Shown: one piece after another, positions 62,948 through 64,000 of the stretch
How the letters are laid out: the number at the start of each line of letters is the position of its first letter
Position numbering within the stretch: the first letter of the stretch is position 1
Origin: Felis catus
Taxonomy: Eukaryota
Reading direction: 5' to 3'
NCBI RefSeq assembly: GCF_018350175.1
Contig: NC_058373.1
Span: 113,524,001 to 113,588,000, forward strand
DNA length: 64,000 bases
The notes under the pieces: generated by a model
Told to the model about the DNA's origin: nothing
The model's input: only the letters and a program-made list of their open reading frames with translations
Database searches by the model: none
Made by a program: the position numbers and the translations under genes

Positions 62948-63464
62948 AAGGGATACAGGAGTACTGATGCATAGGGGCACTTGTACCCCAATGTTTATAG
63001 CAGCACTCTCAACAATAGCCAAATTATGGAAAGAGCCTAAATGCCCATCAACTGATGAATGGATAAAGAAATTGTGGTTTATATACACAATGGAGTACTA
63101 CGTGGCAATGAGAGAGAACGAAATATGGCCCTTTGTAGCAACGTGGATGGAGCTGGAGAGTGTTATGCTGAGTGAAATAAGCCATACAGAGAAAGACAGA
63201 TACCATATGGTTTCACTCTTATGTGGATCCTGAGAAACTTAACAGAAACCCATGGGGGAGAGAAGGAAAAAAAAAAAGAGGTTAGAGTGGAAGAGAGCCA
63301 AAGCATAAGAGACTCTTAAAAACTGAGAACAAACTGAGGGTTGATGGGGGGTGAGAGAGAGGGGAGGGTGGGTGATGGGTATTGAGGAGGGCACCTTTTG
63401 GGATGAGCACTGGGTGTTGTATGGAAACCAATTTGACAATAAACTTCATATATTGAAAAAAAAT
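62948..63464 (+). mobile_element. Young 5'-truncated felid L1
   Basis: Open ORF2 C-terminus ending EKDRYHMVSLLCGS*; perfect TSD AAAAGTTTAGGTAA (62934-62947 / 63465-63478). Confidence 0.96.
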
Positions 63465-64000
63465 AAAAGTTTAGGTAATAGAGAATAACATTTATGTTCA
63501 TCCCTTTGATATTACTGGGATACCAAATCCCTGCGTACATGTTAGATGTATTTGACTAGATCACTTATTTCATTGTCTACAGAAGACAGCTGTTTACTTC
63601 AATATGGGTAAAGTCTTACAGCCTTGTGAAGGGGGTAAACTTGTACTATGCTAAGTGTATTCAAATTAAGAAGGATTTATTTTATAGTATGGCAGCCTAG
63701 GAGGCTCAATATGAAAAAAATACATACTGTCCATAAGTCTAGTGTACCTAATTCATTGATACTATTATGAGAGATATAAACAGTTGCTCAGAGAATATGC
63801 AGTAGAATAACCACTACATTGTGGTTCTAGCCCTTTTCCTCTAACAAGAAACAAATCATGTACACCATTTCACCAAATTTATTTTCATCAACATCTTAGG
63901 TCTCTGGTTCATTTGCATTTTAGATCTTATCCCTACTTGCTGAAGGTAAAGCATTGTCTTCTTCATCATTAATCTCCAAAGCAGACTGTTCATATGGTGG

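Larger units (their letters stand above)
13440..64000 (+). other. RAD51B: RAD51B gene, 5' part, exons 1-7 and start of intron 7; continues past the right edge
   Basis: Spliced ORF MGSKKLRRVGLSQELCDRL...GPPGCGKT...LVIIDS...EEFSIP; coding exons 84/114/117/137/120/184 nt = 756 nt in frame. Confidence 0.97.

Noticed and set aside
1..64000. tRNA genes, CRISPR arrays or other prokaryote-type systems
   Set aside because: tRNA-like A/B boxes belong to SINEC heads; no regularly spaced repeat-spacer array or operon-like ORFs are present

Overview
Mammalian genomic DNA, almost certainly felid: it carries dozens of carnivore tRNA-derived SINEC elements, the youngest matching the Felidae SINEC_Fc type. 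Two genes lie head-to-head. ZFYVE26 (spastizin/SPG15) is on the minus strand, with non-coding exon 1 and coding exons 2-8, continuing beyond position 1. RAD51B is on the plus strand, with non-coding exon 1 and coding exons 2-7 including Walker A and B, continuing beyond 64000. All coding exons have GT-AG ends and join in frame. The compact (~1.2 kb) divergent promoter region holds a perfect CLEAR palindrome, a ZNF143/THAP11 motif, YY1, CCAAT and CHR motifs and two G-quadruplex motifs. The introns contain SINEC, L1, L2/MIR, LTR and DNA-transposon remnants, and a full-length RPS27 processed pseudogene nested in an old L1. I found no new multi-gene system. The most notable unexplained items are a 32-bp near-perfect inverted repeat in RAD51B intron 3, a spliced uORF in frame with ZFYVE26, a SINEC with an internal ~80-bp duplication forming an inverted pair near RAD51B exon 6, and unusual RAD51B splice signals. 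Repeat family names and old-repeat boundaries were judged by eye and are approximate; comparisons with human are from memory and need checking.
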